In this document: positions 1 to 14,524 of the stretch, in pieces
Layout of the letters: every line of letters starts with the position of its first letter
How positions within the stretch are numbered: position 1 is the stretch's first letter
Source of the DNA: Octopus vulgaris
Lineage: Eukaryota
Length of the DNA: 64,000 nt
Direction of reading: 5' to 3'
Assembly (NCBI GenBank): GCA_951406725.2
Contig: OX597829.1
Coordinates: 32,488,001 to 32,552,000 of the forward strand
Position numbers and translations under genes: made by a program
Notes under the pieces: generated by a model
What the model was told of the DNA's origin: nothing
The model's input: the letters and a program-made list of their open reading frames with translations, nothing else
Databases searched by the model: none

Positions 1-97
1 AAAGACACGTGGTATATGTATGTGTACACACACACACTCTCTCTCCCCCTTTCTCTCATGCGCGTGCACGCACACATACACCTACGTACGTGCATCA

Positions 98-255
<158 letters not shown>

Positions 256-647
256 TTCTTTTATTCTTTTATTTGTTTCAATCATTTGACTGCGGTCATG
301 CTGGAGCACCGCCATTAGTCGAGCAAATCGCCCCAGGACTTATTCTTTCTAAGCCTAGTACTTATTCTATCGGTCTCTTTTGCTGAACCGCTAAGTTACG
401 GGGACGGAAACACTCCAGCATCGGTTGTCAAGCGATGGCGTGGCGGGGGGGGGGACAAACACAGACACACGCACATAAATATACGACAGGCTTCTTTCAG
501 TTTCCATCTACTAAATCCACTCACAAGGCTTTGGTCGGTCCGAGCCTATAGTAGAAGACACTCGCCCAAGGTACCACGCAGTGGGACTGAACTCAGAACC
601 ATGTGGTTTACTAGCAAGCTCCTTACCACACAGCCGCTCCTGCGCCT
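256..647 (-). mobile_element. tRNA-derived SINE, family A (CORE-like), near full length
   Basis: Minus strand starts AGGCGCAGGAGCGGCTGTGTGGTAAG (box A-like), then GAGTTCAGTCCC (box B-like) and CCTTGGGCGAGT (CORE-like). Same sequence recurs at 39380-39762, 39948-40112, 33935-34250, 48350-48570, 56150-56420 and others. Confidence 0.9.
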
Positions 648-1649
648 CTATCTATCCCTCTGTCTGTCTATCGTTCTCTTGCATAAGTATGAATAAAACA
701 GGCTTATGCACGCAAATACACGTATTAAAAATACATAAACTTCCTTACACACACACACACATCTTAATACAATTAAAATTATTTTTGTTGGAGATTTCCA
801 GAAGAAGGACCAGTCAAAAGATGACTGCAATATTCAGTGCAAGGTTGAACGGTAATCTTGTAGAAATACAAGATGACCTCAGGCGTAAGAAATTTGAGTT
901 GAATTGAGTAATCATTCAATCGATGACACATATCTTTAGCCGATGAAATCGTGGCCTTGTGCTAATGAAAGAAATCATATTTAAAAACTAGTCTAGAATT
1001 AAGAAAACACAAACGGACACGCACGCACACACACACAAAAGTCAAAACAGTAGAACACAAGAATAGGTTAATGCATATAAACAGTAGAATGTAAGGAAAT
1101 TAGTTATGGTCTGTGTCAGTATATACTAAACATAAAATAGCGAAGACATCTCTCTCCGACAAAGGCTTCGGCCAGAAAAATTAGACTTTCTCTACTTCCT
1201 GACGGCAAGATAATTTATTCAGCTTCTGTAAACGGGGTTAATTGCTTCGCAGTATTTACTTTCGTAGCTCTAAACAACGTCTTACTTGAAATAAACTTAA
1301 TGCTCGCTTTGTTGGTTTATTTTCTTTTTTTTCTGGAATTACTAGAACATGTGCGAAACTATTCTTGATAATGTGCGGGTGTGTGTGACTTTTTCGGTCT
1401 GTTATTGCTAGAACAAGTTTGACAAACTTTTGACATAGTCAGACTGAAAAATTTTCAAGAAATGCTAGAACAAGTTTGAGCAATTGTTGATTTTCTTGTT
1501 GTTTTCTTTTGAAATTTTTGCTAAAAGCAAAAATAATTCTTGACTTTGTCGGACATAATTCTTTGACAACGGTAGAACTAGAACCAACATACCTATATTT
1601 TATTGGTATTTTATTTTCTCTAGAATTGCTAGTATATGTTCGAGTAAGT

Positions 1650-2030
1650 CTTGAACGGTTAACAAGTTCGTTTCGCTACCACTTGGTTTCGGGTTCCGTC
1701 TCACTGCGCAGCACCTTGGGCAATAGGTTTTATACTAAAGATCTGAGCCAGCAATGACTTGTGGGTAAATTATTTAAATGGGAACTGCGTGGAAGCCCAT
1801 CATACACAAACACACACATACACTCGTTTGTGCATGTTTGTGCATCTTTGTGCTTGTCTTTCATCGTCAGACAACCGGTGATGCTTTGCTTGCTTCTCCG
1901 TCAAGTTGCGCCTTGGCAAAAAAAGTTCAGTAGAAACTAATTATTAGGGTTCGATTGGATGACCCAAACGCTTTAAGTCGGTACTCTAATCCGGTCGTAG
2001 TCCCAAAACTGAAACTACTAACAATAAAAG
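1650..2030 (+). mobile_element. Degenerate SINE family A copy
   Basis: CCACTTGGTTTCGGGTTCCGTCTCACTGCGCAGCACCTTGGGCAA and later blocks are colinear with family A. Confidence 0.7.
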
Positions 2031-2199
2031 CTAAGATTTATTGCTTAAACGAGTAAGAAAAAAATTTTCTGTAATAGTTAGTCAGGCGGGAGGTATCGTG
2101 CTCATGTCACCTGCCAGCCTTATTGGAGTTGGAGCACGAAGAGGGACGGACGAGAATTATAGAGGATTAATGTTCTACAGAAGATGGAATAGGCAAATT

Positions 2200-3690
2200 G
2201 ATCAGTGAGAGCATTGGGAGTAGGGGATAAGGTGGACACAAACAGAATTCAATTCAAATAGTAATAGCTTTTTTTGATAACTGTATTTAGCACTTGCACC
2301 AATCTTTTCAGCCATGCTGGTAGTTGAGTGCTGATACTTCCAAGTGCACCAATTTCTATTGGTATCACATCTACTCTCTTCATTGGTCACAACCTTCGTA
2401 TTTCCTGCTTCAAATCATCATAGTTGTTTATTTTTTCTTCTTTCACATTCATCCTGTTGTCACCGGGGTATGCTATGTCGATTATGTATGTTCTTTTTTA
2501 AAAATAGAATTAATACATTTCTAAATCTCTCAAAGAGATTTATACAGTAGCAGCACAATTAAGTGATGGTATGTCTTCAACTTAATGTGAGAGTCCAATG
2601 TTCTTTTTTATTCACCACAATAATGTCCGGTTTCCGATGTCTGGTCGGATGATCGCACTGGATCATTGCATCCCACAAGATTTTGCACTCCTCATTCTCA
2701 GTGACACCTTTTGGGATTTTCTCATACCACGTCCTTGTTCCTTGTGGGCCGTGATTTCTACAGAGATTCCATTAGATCATTCTTGCCACATTGACATGGT
2801 CTCTTTTGTATTCGTATTGTGCCAATTTCGGGCATTCGCTAACGACGTGCCATACCGTTTCATCCCTCTCTCCACACATTCTGCGTTTGTCGCTATCGGC
2901 AGTGTTGTCTATTCTGCACTTCACATAGTTGATCCTTAACGCTTGTTCTTGAGCTGCTCATATGAGAGTTTCTGTCTTTATTTTCAGGTCACTCTTCCTC
3001 ATCCATAGCCACCGGTCCTCTGTATCAGTCTTGCAAACTGACCATACATTTCTTTTTCCTTCCATACTTTATCTTTTTTCTTGTTCATTTCTTGTTTAAA
3101 TTTTCCTTTCATTACACAATTTCGCGTGTTTCAACAGTGGTTCCATGGCATTTTTTATATACCACACTAAGCTGTTTTCCTCTGGTTCGATACAGCTCTG
3201 GCAACTGATCAAACCTCTCCCACCTTTTCTTCTGGACAAGTACAAACTATCGGTGTCACTCTTAGAGTGGAAGGCTCCGTGTACTGTCAACATTTTTCTG
3301 GTCTTGATATCCATTTTGTTCACTTCTCTCTTTTGCTATTTTATAATTCCCGCTCCATACCAATATGATGCTATCGCCCACGTATTAACTGCTTGGATTT
3401 TATTCCATCCAGTCAATTTTGAGTGCATCGCCGACTTTAGTCTTCAGAAATATTCCATCCTCAGTTGCTTTTTCATCTTCTTCTCCATTATCTCATTGAA
3501 CTCAAGTACACCAAGGTATTTGTAGCCTTCAATTTGTTTAATCAAGTCTCTATTCGGTAATTCTATCCCTGTTAGGGATGTACCTTGCCTCTTTTTCGGT
3601 AGATTATTTCGCACTTCATTCTAATGTCAGTACTAAAATAGTGGACCATGTTTCACCAAGGAACTCACTTGTGTCTCATCCCTGCCATAC
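2200..3690 (-). mobile_element. R4/Dong-clade non-LTR retrotransposon, decayed 3' half (end of RT, zinc knuckle, restriction-like endonuclease)
   Basis: Minus-strand peptides YKYLGV, DIKTRKMLTVHGAFHSKSDTDSLYLSRRKGGRGL, RMCGERDETVWHVVSECPKLA, KILWDAMIQCDH..RKPDII and VIPIEIGALGSI, broken by stops and frameshifts. Confidence 0.85.
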
Positions 3691-4158
3691 AATTTCAGTA
3701 GCTGTAGAGTTAGTACTTACGAAGCACCGGGTAATGACCGTGCAAGTCACGAATCAACTGCCCGCACATAAATCAACTCTGCCAAACTTGAAGCCACATC
3801 CAACTCCACTCTTTTATAACACATTTCACTTTAGGTCACGTATTGAGTTCTTTCATGAGTAAATAAATATTTGTTGCTTTTTCATCACTTAGCACTATCA
3901 TACATACATACATATATACATATACACATGCCACATATGCATGAGTGTATGAGTATGCGCACGCGCGCGCGTGTGTACAGAGAAGGAAAGAGAGAGAGGG
4001 GGGAGTTGTCAGGAACTGAGAAAGTCAGTCAAAATAATAGTCTAAGTCAATTACAGAAACAATGTAAGAAATATAACAATAACAATAATAACAACCACTA
4101 TGTATATATATATATATATGTGTGTGTGTGTGCGTGCGTGTGTGTGTGTGTATGTATG

Positions 4159-4189
<31 letters not shown>

Positions 4190-4818
4190 GGAGAGGGGAA
4201 GAGATAAAGAGAGTAGAAGGGGAGAGGATGATACGTAGGCGGAGGGGATGTTGATTGGGACAGATAATGGGAAGAGGTGGTGTTTAAAGAATAAGAACAA
4301 GAACAATAACAACATGTAAATTGAACAACAGAGGGCAAAAAACAAATATAAATAAATCAAATATAAATAAAAACAAAGCTAAAAACAAAACAACAAGAAA
4401 TATAAAAAAAAACAAGCCGACTGAAGATGAAGGACAGATAGGAGGAACAGCTGATAGACAGGGAGACATAACGGAGAAGACAGGAGGAAGAAAGGACGAA
4501 AACGGAGGTAAAAAGCCGAAGAATGAGAATAAGAACGAGAATATGAAGAATAAAGAAGAAAAACTAGCGAAAAACAAAAGAAAACGAAAACCAACAAGAA
4601 GAGGAACACCAACATGAAGAACGCAAGAATACAAAAAAAAAAAAAAATTGGAACAGAAAAAGGTAAAACAACAAAAAGTAAAAATAGCTTAGAATAAGGG
4701 TTGTCAGATGTTGCTGGGGCAGAAAGAAGATGATGTGATGGAGAGCGGTTAGGTGTGGGTGTTTTATGGGTGGGTACGTGGTGTAAGATAGTTTGAAAGA
4801 ATGTCTGACCCAGAAAGC

Positions 4819-4870
<52 letters not shown>

Positions 4871-4871
<1 letters not shown>

Positions 4872-5079
4872 TCTTTCTACTATAAGCACAAGGCCTGGAA
4901 GTTTTGGAGAGAGGGCTAGTGCTGAGCTGAACGGGTACTTATCTTATCGACCCGGAAAGAATACAAGGTATAGTCGATCTCGACAACATTTGAACTTAGA
5001 AGAACGTAATTAGCCGGGAGAAATGCTGCTAAACACTTTTTGTCCGGCGCGATAACAATTCTGCCAGCTCGCTGCCCTT
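4871..5079 (-). mobile_element. SINE family B copy with (ATT)n tail
   Basis: Head GGCAGCGAGCTGGCAGAAT..GAGTTCAAAT-like; central CCTTTCATCC..GGGGTCGATAA..AGTACCAG-type block shared with many copies in the window. Confidence 0.8.
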
Positions 5080-5222
5080 ATAACCCAAATAATATATTAA
5101 CCAAGTAGTAACATGTGAACAGACCTTTTTTTTTTCCTCTTTTCCTTTTTACCTCCACCATTTTATTTTATACATAAACAATGTAACAACAAGAATACTA
5201 TTGTTGTGAAGCTGTAGTTATG

Positions 5223-5259
<37 letters not shown>

Positions 5260-5584
5260 ACGCGTGTGTAAAGATGTGTTTGCATACATGCAAGTAAATT
5301 CAAATATACACATTTTTATACCCACACGCGCGCACACACACATACATGAGCGCGCGTGCGCTTCATACTTCCTAATGTAACTATTTCTATATTTCTTGCA
5401 GCGTTTCCCCATCCATTAGATTCTATCCTTATATGTAATCTACACACACACACACACACATACACACACGTTCATACAAACATTCACACACTAATACACA
5501 CATACTAACACACATGCATACACATTCTCTCTCAAACATACACAAAGTCACACACATTCTCTCTCCCTCTCTCTTTCACACACA

Positions 5585-5655
<71 letters not shown>

Positions 5656-5831
5656 TGTACAAGGTTAGCTAAAATGATTTAAAACATTTTATTTTTATCC
5701 TTATGTCAGCAGCTTGCATCTATTATTTTAAGTTTCTATAAAAACCATGTACATGGAGGGTCTTTACGAAGTTGTTTTAACAGTTAATATGAATTAACAT
5801 AAAGCAGCGAGATTACTAGATTGTATTCTAA

Positions 5832-5990
5832 AGTGGCGGGCTGATAGAATCATTCGCGCTTCGGACGAAATGCTTCCCAGCATTTCTTTCGGCTCTACGT
5901 TCTGAGTTCAAATCTTGCCGATGTCAGCTTTGCTTTACAAACTTTCGAGATCGACTTAAAATTGCCGACCTTGTACCAAAATTTGGAATT
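5832..5990 (+). mobile_element. SINE family B copy
   Basis: GTGGCGGGCTGATAGAATC..TTCTGAGTTCAAATCTTGCCGATGTCAGCTTTGC matches family B. Confidence 0.75.
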
Positions 5991-7924
5991 AGATTGTGTT
6001 CCGTGTAATGGTAGTAGTGTCACAATAACAGTTAATGTTTGTACACAAGAAAAACTTTAGCTTCCATAGTAATCCTTTCAGTTAAAAATATCACAATATG
6101 TTTAATTAAATATTTTCATAGATGCTGCCACTTGGACAACCTACACTTGGAAATAGTAGAATTTCTTCAGTGAAAGACTGATTTAAAGAAGTTACAATGT
6201 GTAAAGTCACTTGAGATATATAACTATTTTAACAATGCCACATGATACATGGACTCTTACAACAATATGTTTATAATTGTTTGCCATAATGTTATGTAAG
6301 ATACAAACTACCTCATTAAAATCCACTCAGAATGACAATTTTTCATTTGAAGGTGACACAAAACAGCTCTGCAATGTCAGACAATCTGAAGATCAATTCT
6401 ACTGCGCTTTGAGTTCAAATCACGATGAGGTCAACTTTGCCCTCCATCCTTTCAAGATCGATACAGAAAAGCTCTAGTCCAAGGCGGAAATGTAAAGACG
6501 TCGGAATAGATGCCTTGCGATATTTGTGCCGGTTCTTTGCGCTCTGAGGTCAAATCCTGCTATGGACTACTTGTCTTTTAGACTTATTCTGTCACCCTGG
6601 TTTAACTACAACATTATATGTACTTCAATGATTTTGACAGTGTTCCTTCTATTGCATACATTTAGATCGAGTTTCTAGTTTGAGGATACCTTGCTCTCTC
6701 TCTCTCCCCAATCTTATAGATCCTACAGCATGTAATGGACACTGCCTTCCCTGCTGACAATGAGATTTAAAAAATAACAAAAAAAAATTATTTCCAATGT
6801 TATTTTCAATTAATACTTAAGATATATTTAACATTGGAAAAAATATGGTTTTTTGTAGTTCTGTTCTTTTGTTTACCATTTGCGAATAATGAATAAATTT
6901 TACCTCTTTTCAGACTTATGGAGTGTCAAGTAGAAAAAAGAAATGAACGTTTTCGATGAAAAATAAGGAGTAAATTAAGTAGACAGAAATAAATAAATAA
7001 ATAAATAAATAAATAACCGAACGAATTTATCTGACAACACAACGCATCAATGTGTTGCATGACTTTTACAAGACGTGTTGATGGCGTGAAAACTAGGGAT
7101 AGCTGGTAACGGAAAAAGTCTTCTCATGAGTCAGTCAAGATGACAACCATCTTCGCTGTGATACAGAAACATCTCATCAATACCATATGAAACAGAAATG
7201 AGACAACTATGTTTTCCGAGGCTTCTATTTAATATTGGTCACGCAGAATTTAAAGAACAGAAGTTCTATAAAACAAGATAATTAATTGACAAAAGAAAAT
7301 GACTATATTAAAGTTAAATTGAACGGTGTTGTTCATTATTTAGGAGCACTGAATATAATGTAATAGATCCCGCTATTTTTATTGATTGGTTTTAATAAAA
7401 TGTTTCATTAAAATATTGACTTGACGGTGGTTGTGAAGCAGACTATAAAAATACTATAAGATGACACTCATGAATATCATGTATATAAAAAAGTACATGT
7501 TTATTTATGAGCAATTATTAAGCGTGAAAAACATAACGGGGAATTTCCTAACGGGAACTAACACACGCATCATTTACCACGCGAGAAAAAACACGCTAAT
7601 AATTACACCACATAGTTTTCTTTGAAATTGAACTTATACACATATTATTAGCAGTGACATTAGCACCCACAATACGGCGTAAGACAACCAAGCCTCTGGT
7701 ATTATATCATCGAGATTTTTTATATTTTAAAATGGCTTCATAACCTTGAATTTTTCAACCACAATTCACTCTGACTGGTATAAAAAGTAATAAATTCATT
7801 CTACTGATCCACTCAACGTACATACATAAACGAACGTACATACATAAACGTACATACATAAACACACACATTACGCGTACGCACTCACGTTTGTGCACCG
7901 CGACAGAAATTCATCCAAATTCAT

Positions 7925-8140
7925 CTAAATTTTGGCACAATGCCCGCAATTTTGTGGGGAGGGGGCGAGTCGATTACATCGGTCCTAGCCCTTGGCTCGT
8001 ACTTATTTTTATCGATGTCGAAAGGAGGAATGACAAAGTTGACCTCGGCGGAGTTGAAGGCAGTGTGTATAGAACCGGAAGAAAAGCTGCTTGGTAGGCA
8101 TTTTGTCCAACAAGCTAATGGTTCTGACAGTTCGCCGCAT
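7925..8140 (-). mobile_element. SINE family B copy
   Basis: TTTATCGATGTCGAAAGGAGGAATGACAAAGTTGACCTCGGCGGA is the reverse complement of the family B central block. Confidence 0.75.
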
Positions 8141-9299
8141 TCATTGCAAAAGAAATTATACGGTATACAAAGTTAAACTGCACGATAATATTCCACCTAC
8201 CTAACTATATTGTGCAGTAATACTTATTGAAATACAAGGTTCAGCTAATATGCGATTAAAATTATAAAGTAATGGCTTATTTGCACCAACAGTTGGGGGA
8301 AGGACGACTTGCAGTATGAAGGAAGAGTTCTTAGATTTGTGAGTCCATTTCATGTTTGTGTGTAATTTTAAATAATACTATGTACTGTGTCAAAAAGTTT
8401 CGTTGCACTTCTACAAAGTATGTTTATAATATCAACCAGTAGTTTTATAAAAAGATTATAACTAAGTTGATCTAAACGTTTTTGGTAAAAAAGGAGAATA
8501 AAAAACAAAAAGACACAATGTAAGTGTATAAATATATTCCCCAGTTTTAAATGATAGCTGTGTTTTATAATTCATTCTACAGATATACTTATGGAAGAGA
8601 TACAGACTTGATGAATGTATTCATTTTCCCACGACTTTAATGCTTAGATTAGCTTCTCGGAGGATACTCTTAAATCTATTAGTTATTCTCTATTATTGGT
8701 CCCCACAACGAACATTGCCTTACTCAAACTTAATTGTTAACATATCATGTACTGAACTTAACTATCTTATTATTTTTTCTCACTACTCTTCCGAAATTTA
8801 TTACAATATTGACAGCATATTCCATCTGGAACCTTTTTATAACTGGGTCAGTGACTAAGATGGCAGCAGTGTTATCTTTTTGACTCTCCTTAATACACAA
8901 TACTATTAAAAACTAATCATAAAGTTTATATAACTGTTTCTGTGTGTTCTTAAATGGTGAAAACGGCCCTTTGACAATGTAATTATTTTAATTTCAACTC
9001 ACGGTCTTAGATCAATTTACTTGTCAAACATGTACAACTCCGAAATCTTACGTTGTCAAGAGACTCGTTCTACAAGATCTAGAAGAACAGTGAGATCGTA
9101 CATCCAAAACACTGTTTTGTTACTCAGATCAATGACTCGTTTCTTATCATTGGAATGAGGCCAAGTCAGTCAGTTCCTGCTGGCTCAGTTCAACTAGTTA
9201 TCAATAAACGCTATAGGTAAAGATTGCATACAGCTTATTGTTATAAGCAATTGAAACAGTGTATAACTGAAAAACTATTTTATTGCTGCTGCTGTTGTT

Positions 9300-9710
9300 G
9301 GATGTTGTTAACTCCAAATCAATCCTGTTCAAGTAGACATATGATCAAAAGGCATTCCAGATGTGACTATCTCATCATTTTAGATGTATATTGGACTACA
9401 TTAACTAATGTATCATTTCCTTGTGGTTGTTGTTGTAGTTGTTTAGTCTTATGTTAGCCTTGTTTAAAGCAGAGCTACGACCAAACGTGTTTCAGCCATG
9501 CCCAATTAATCTTTTTAGGGGCAAAGTGTTATTTCTGTAGTGTTGTCGTAGTTATTTTTATTTAGCTCCAAGTTAACATTGATCGAGCAAAGAAATTACC
9601 GAAGGTGTTTAAACTGTGACCGCACCATCTTAGGATTGTGTGTTGTCTCTTTCTTGAAAATGATAGCGTATGTCTTGAGGAAGATCGAGCTGTTACTTCT
9701 AGCTAGAACT
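9300..9710 (+). repeat. Unclassified dispersed repeat (several partial copies in tandem)
   Basis: Blocks like GATCGAGCA..ATGATCAAAAGGCATTCCAG and GATTTGGCTGNTNTTTCTAG recur at ~20255-20440, ~35625-35810 and, inverted, ~21135-21305 and ~56470-56700. Confidence 0.5.
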
Positions 9711-10257
9711 GTTTTTCATTATAGTCTGTTTTGCTATCTCGATTTGTTTTGCTAGCTTGCAGCTCTGAACTCATCCACTCCTATGTGTCTTGAGTAGATA
9801 AGAGTGAAACCTCTCTAGAGTGTATGGTTGCCAGCACATGTACAACTGCCCCCAAAGAGCAGCAGCGAACCAAAGAAGCAACTTCTGTCTGGCCAACTGA
9901 CTTTCCAGAAATTCATCTATCAAGGGAAATTCATCTATCTATCAAGAAATTCATCTATCGCGGTTTATCAAGGGTGGGATGTTTGTGTGTAACTGAAATA
10001 TCTCAGAAATAGTATATTTTATACTAATTGTTTTACATATCTATTTTCATACTTACCTTCGGCAGTGTAGTACAAATTTTTTTGACATTTGAACCTCTAT
10101 TTAAACGATTAAACAATTTTTTGTTTGTTATTTGTTGACGGGAAAAGCATGGCTTCCGTGACGTCTACACACATACAGAATACACACACATATAATGAAT
10201 GTCAATCAACACAAACACACGTCCGCTATCTGTGACACACACACGCACACACACACA

Positions 10258-10305
<48 letters not shown>

Positions 10306-10765
10306 CTTCGCGCTCTCTAAAGAAAAAAACCGCTGACTTTTTGACGTACACAATATCTTAATCATTTACAAATATTTTTAACTGAATTTAATTTCATCAT
10401 CCAGAGTTCGTTAATTTCCGTAAAATCCTTTTATTTATTTACTTTTGTTTTAAAATGAGAGGAGAGATTGTGAAAGATGTATGTACGTGTATATGAAATG
10501 GACGTGTGTGTGTGAAAAAGAGAGAGACAGATAGAGAGAGAGAGAAGGGGAGAGAGAAAGAGAGAGAGAGAGGAAGAGAGAAAGGGAAAGAGAGAGAGAG
10601 AGAGAAAGAGAAAAAGAGAGAGAGAGTTAGCGAAGGGGTGTGTTGTCATGTATACGCACATAGATCAATACATATGCGTACATCTCTTTTGTATGTACGT
10701 GTTCATGTGTGTGTGAGAGAAAGAGAGAGAGAGAGAGAGTGTGAGTGAATGAGTGAGTGTCTGTA

Positions 10766-10803
<38 letters not shown>

Positions 10804-11149
10804 ACTCTTTCTCTCACACGCACACGTCCATTTCATATACACATTCATACATCTTTCACTTTCTCCTCTCTTTCACTTTAAAACAAAAGTAACAGGTGAT
10901 TTTCAGGATAAAAACTGTTAAAAAAAAACCCCCAAAAAAACAAACAAAAATAGCTTCTACTCATGTAAATTGATTATTATTGTTTGGATAGTTCCAATTA
11001 AATAAGTCCAGAATTCCCATTCTACAAACTGGCAAACATTTCCGTGAATACTTTATCGAGCAACGTTGGGCAGTAAGTCTAGTATAGTGTTAAAAAGCAC
11101 AGAAATGTGTCAACAGCAGGTGAAAATATGTTGAAAAGTAGTAAGAATG

Positions 11150-12020
11150 ATAAGTGTGAGTATTGTCAAATTGGAGGGTGACTGACTAGGTTTAGAAGAG
11201 TGATTGTTTGGTGCTGAGTAGGGGGTTACGGTGCGAGGTGTAGGTATTTAGGTAAACAATTAGGTGCGATCAAGCAAGGTGATTGGTAGAATATGGATAT
11301 TGGGTAGAGTGGGATGGGGCGTTAAGTGGTTGCTTCGTTTGGATTTAGCAGACAGGTAGATTTATGGTTAAGTATATGAATGGAAATAGGAAAAGCATAA
11401 CAGGGAAAATTAAATAGGTTTATTGTGTGAAAATAACCGCGTATGCAGGGGGTGTTTTAGTGGGGTTAACGAGGTAAGTTGTGTATATATGGATATGTGA
11501 ATGCAAATCACGAGACAAGCCAGGAATGTGAGATAAATTGTGACAGCAGTGTAATAGTGTGAAGATGGTGGAATTCTAGCTTATATTTAGTAGGGTGTGT
11601 AGACAGAATCTTGTACAAATATGATCCTAGTCACCAACGTGAGCCCCCCACAGTTATTTTCAATTATTTTAAAGCATTCTAAATTAGCCTTATTTATTTA
11701 TTTATTGGCATCTATTGTTATTCATATGTTATTCATATGTTCTTCCATATTCTCTAACATGAATCTACCTGTCTGCTAAATCCATTAGAGCTAACCACTT
11801 AAGATATCGTGCCACCAGCACCAGCCCCCATCCCCACCCAACATCCATATGCCGCTCATTTCTCGGCTTTCAATAACCTTACATGATCACGTTCAATTGT
11901 TTACCCATATCTGCCACTCAGCAAATGCACACAATTACTATTCCCGCTGTTTCAACATCCCACCACTTTCAGTAGCCCTACAATTCTTCAATCCCGTGAC
12001 AGTCAACAAATCCCTCCATA
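11150..12020. repeat. Old, diverged long inverted repeat
   Basis: GGATTTAGCAGACAGGTAGATT (11341-11362) is the exact reverse complement of AATCTACCTGTCTGCTAAATCC (11762-11783); further mirrored blocks continue outward. Confidence 0.7.
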
Positions 12021-12104
12021 TATCATGATATTCACAAAGTATTCTTTTGGTCTGAAGCATCACAAAATGAAACTATTAGTCACTGGGATAAATGATCTTT
12101 CCAA

Positions 12105-12105
<1 letters not shown>

Positions 12106-12193
<88 letters not shown>

Positions 12194-12214
12194 GTCTGTC
12201 TGTCTGTCTATCTA

Positions 12215-12261
<47 letters not shown>
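12106..12261. repeat. (CTAT)n/(CTGT)n compound microsatellite
   Basis: Direct reading of the sequence. Confidence 0.95.
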
Positions 12262-14219
12262 GCTGCAGACCACCGACATACCGCCAACAGACCGTTACAG
12301 ACCGCCAACATGCAGCTTACGCAAGAGCGTTTATACATCCATATCCGTTAACAGTTATTTTAAATACTTCCCTCGCTCTATTGCGTGTTTGTTTCTTTTT
12401 TTGCATCTCTTATTTGATTATTGATCTTCTATATAAATGAAAATATATCCTTTTAATTTACTGCTTTTCTTTACACGAAATAAGAAAAATACATTGCGGA
12501 ACTGTTATTTTAACGAGTTATATGTATTTACCACCCGAAGAGACACTGTCGGATACCCTGAACCAATTGTCAAGTTTACCATCCGTGAGGGATCGATGCT
12601 AGATGTGTCGAACAATTGTAGTGATTAATAAAAATTCTTATACTTTCCATCTTCCGTCTTTCCTTTACCACACACACATACACACACACAGATACACACG
12701 CATACATATATATATATGGAGAGAGAGAGGGGGCAGAGAGAGAGAGAGAGAGAGTTGTATATACATATGTATATCCTCAAGAGAAGAAAAAGAATGAAGA
12801 GTATTTAATCCCTGAAGAGTGGCTAACCAGGTATGAAACCTTGAGAATAATTTCCGCATTTTTGTTTCTTTTTTTGCTGTGTGAAGAGAATAACTATACG
12901 CATTTATTTCTAACTAGTTTCTCTAGCAAAAGAGTTAAAACTGTTGTCTAACTGCATTAAATTTATCCCGTATGTGTGTGTGTGTATGTGTGCATGCGTG
13001 TGTGTGTGTGTGTATGCGTGTGTGAATGCATTTTGTAGCAACGGAATGGAGTACATGTTATGCTAATTTTTATCGATTGATTCTTTTATTCCAGCGACTG
13101 TACTCATAACGTCAGGTTCGGAGAAAAAGAGAGAGAGTTTTGAACTCGTAACCTTAGAAGTGACGATATCAAACACCGAAACGCTTTTCTCTCGTTTCTG
13201 TCAATTCATATCTTCGCCTGTGCTTCATAAATATAAAATTGTTTTGGAAATGGAGGTAGAGTTTAGTTTCCACAATTCCAGCGTTCACCGAATTATTAAC
13301 TAGGCCTCAAAGGCGCCTACGGTGGCATAACCATTTTCTCTCTCTCTCTCTGTTTTTTTTTTTTTCAATGTGTACCATCTTTATGTACCATCCCGCAATT
13401 CTCTAAGAACTAGAAGCCCAGCCAATGATTTCTATCTCATTATAAGAGGAAATTTAATACGACACCTGGTTCGTATTAAACACTTTAGATCAGCTGCACT
13501 TCTTTCTTTCCTCATTTTCTACTTATTTATTTATGTACCTCCCTTTTAAAAAACTGGGTTTTTTTCTGTGTTGTTTTTCTTCTTTTGCGTGCATTTTCCT
13601 TTAAAGCATCTTTTCCTTCCTGCAAAATTTCCCTCTTTTAATTTAGTTTCTTCCTATAAACTATAACCTAAAACTTGTTTCCTTTAGTGAAGTGAAAAGA
13701 AGAAAAAACGAACAAAAAAAAAAAGATTAAAAAACAACAAAAATACAAGTAAACTTGCAAAGGTGGAATGGGTTAATTCCTCATAAATCCTTTAAAGTAG
13801 CTGAGATACCAAGAATAAGAGTGACGTGCAATTCTGGAAAAGAAACCATAACAGATGGAGGGTTTTAACTGTAAAAGAGGACTAACAGAAAATAGTTACT
13901 GGTTTGGGATACGAAGAAGAAAAAAAAAATATAAAGAAATAAAAAAAAAGAAGAAAAACAGAAAACATATGGAGCGTTTATTATTTTCGTTTACTGCAAA
14001 AAAGAATTAATTGGTCTATCCATTCTGTTGAAACTCCACGGAAGGCAATAAATTGTCAGTCTTTAAGAGAAAATATTTTTGGTAAACCCTGAATAAAGTG
14101 TGCTACTTACAAACTCTCGAAATAGAATGAAGCGTCCTTTGACACAATTATAAGCTTTTTTCTCTTCTTTATTCTTTTCGGCTTCTGTCCAGTCATAGCA
14201 AATGTTTATAGTAGTTAAA

Positions 14220-14520
14220 AACTCGGGCCAACCAATTTTGTAGAGGGAATTTGGTAGACGGAATCTGAAAGAAGCCTGCCGTATACATACATTATATACA
14301 TGTGTGTGTGTGTGTGTGTGCATGTCGACATACACCTGCATGTGAGAGTGTGTCTTTATGTTTGTTTGTCCTATAACGGCTTGACAAACGGTGTTGGTTT
14401 GTTTACGTCTTCGTAAATTAGCGGTTCAGCAAAAGAAGACTGATATAATAAGTACCATACTAAAAACAAAACAAGAAAACAACAACAAATAAGTATTGGG
14501 GTCGATGTGTTCAATTAAAA
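14220..14520 (+). mobile_element. SINE family A, 5'-truncated copy
   Basis: TTTGGTAGACGGAATCTGAAAGAAGCC and TTAGCGGTTCAGCAAAAG match the family A body. Confidence 0.75.
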
Positions 14521-14524
14521 AGGC

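Noticed and set aside
4284-4634. K/N/E-rich ORF and its hydrophobic antisense ORFs
   Set aside because: A-rich low-complexity sequence with no motif or exon boundaries.
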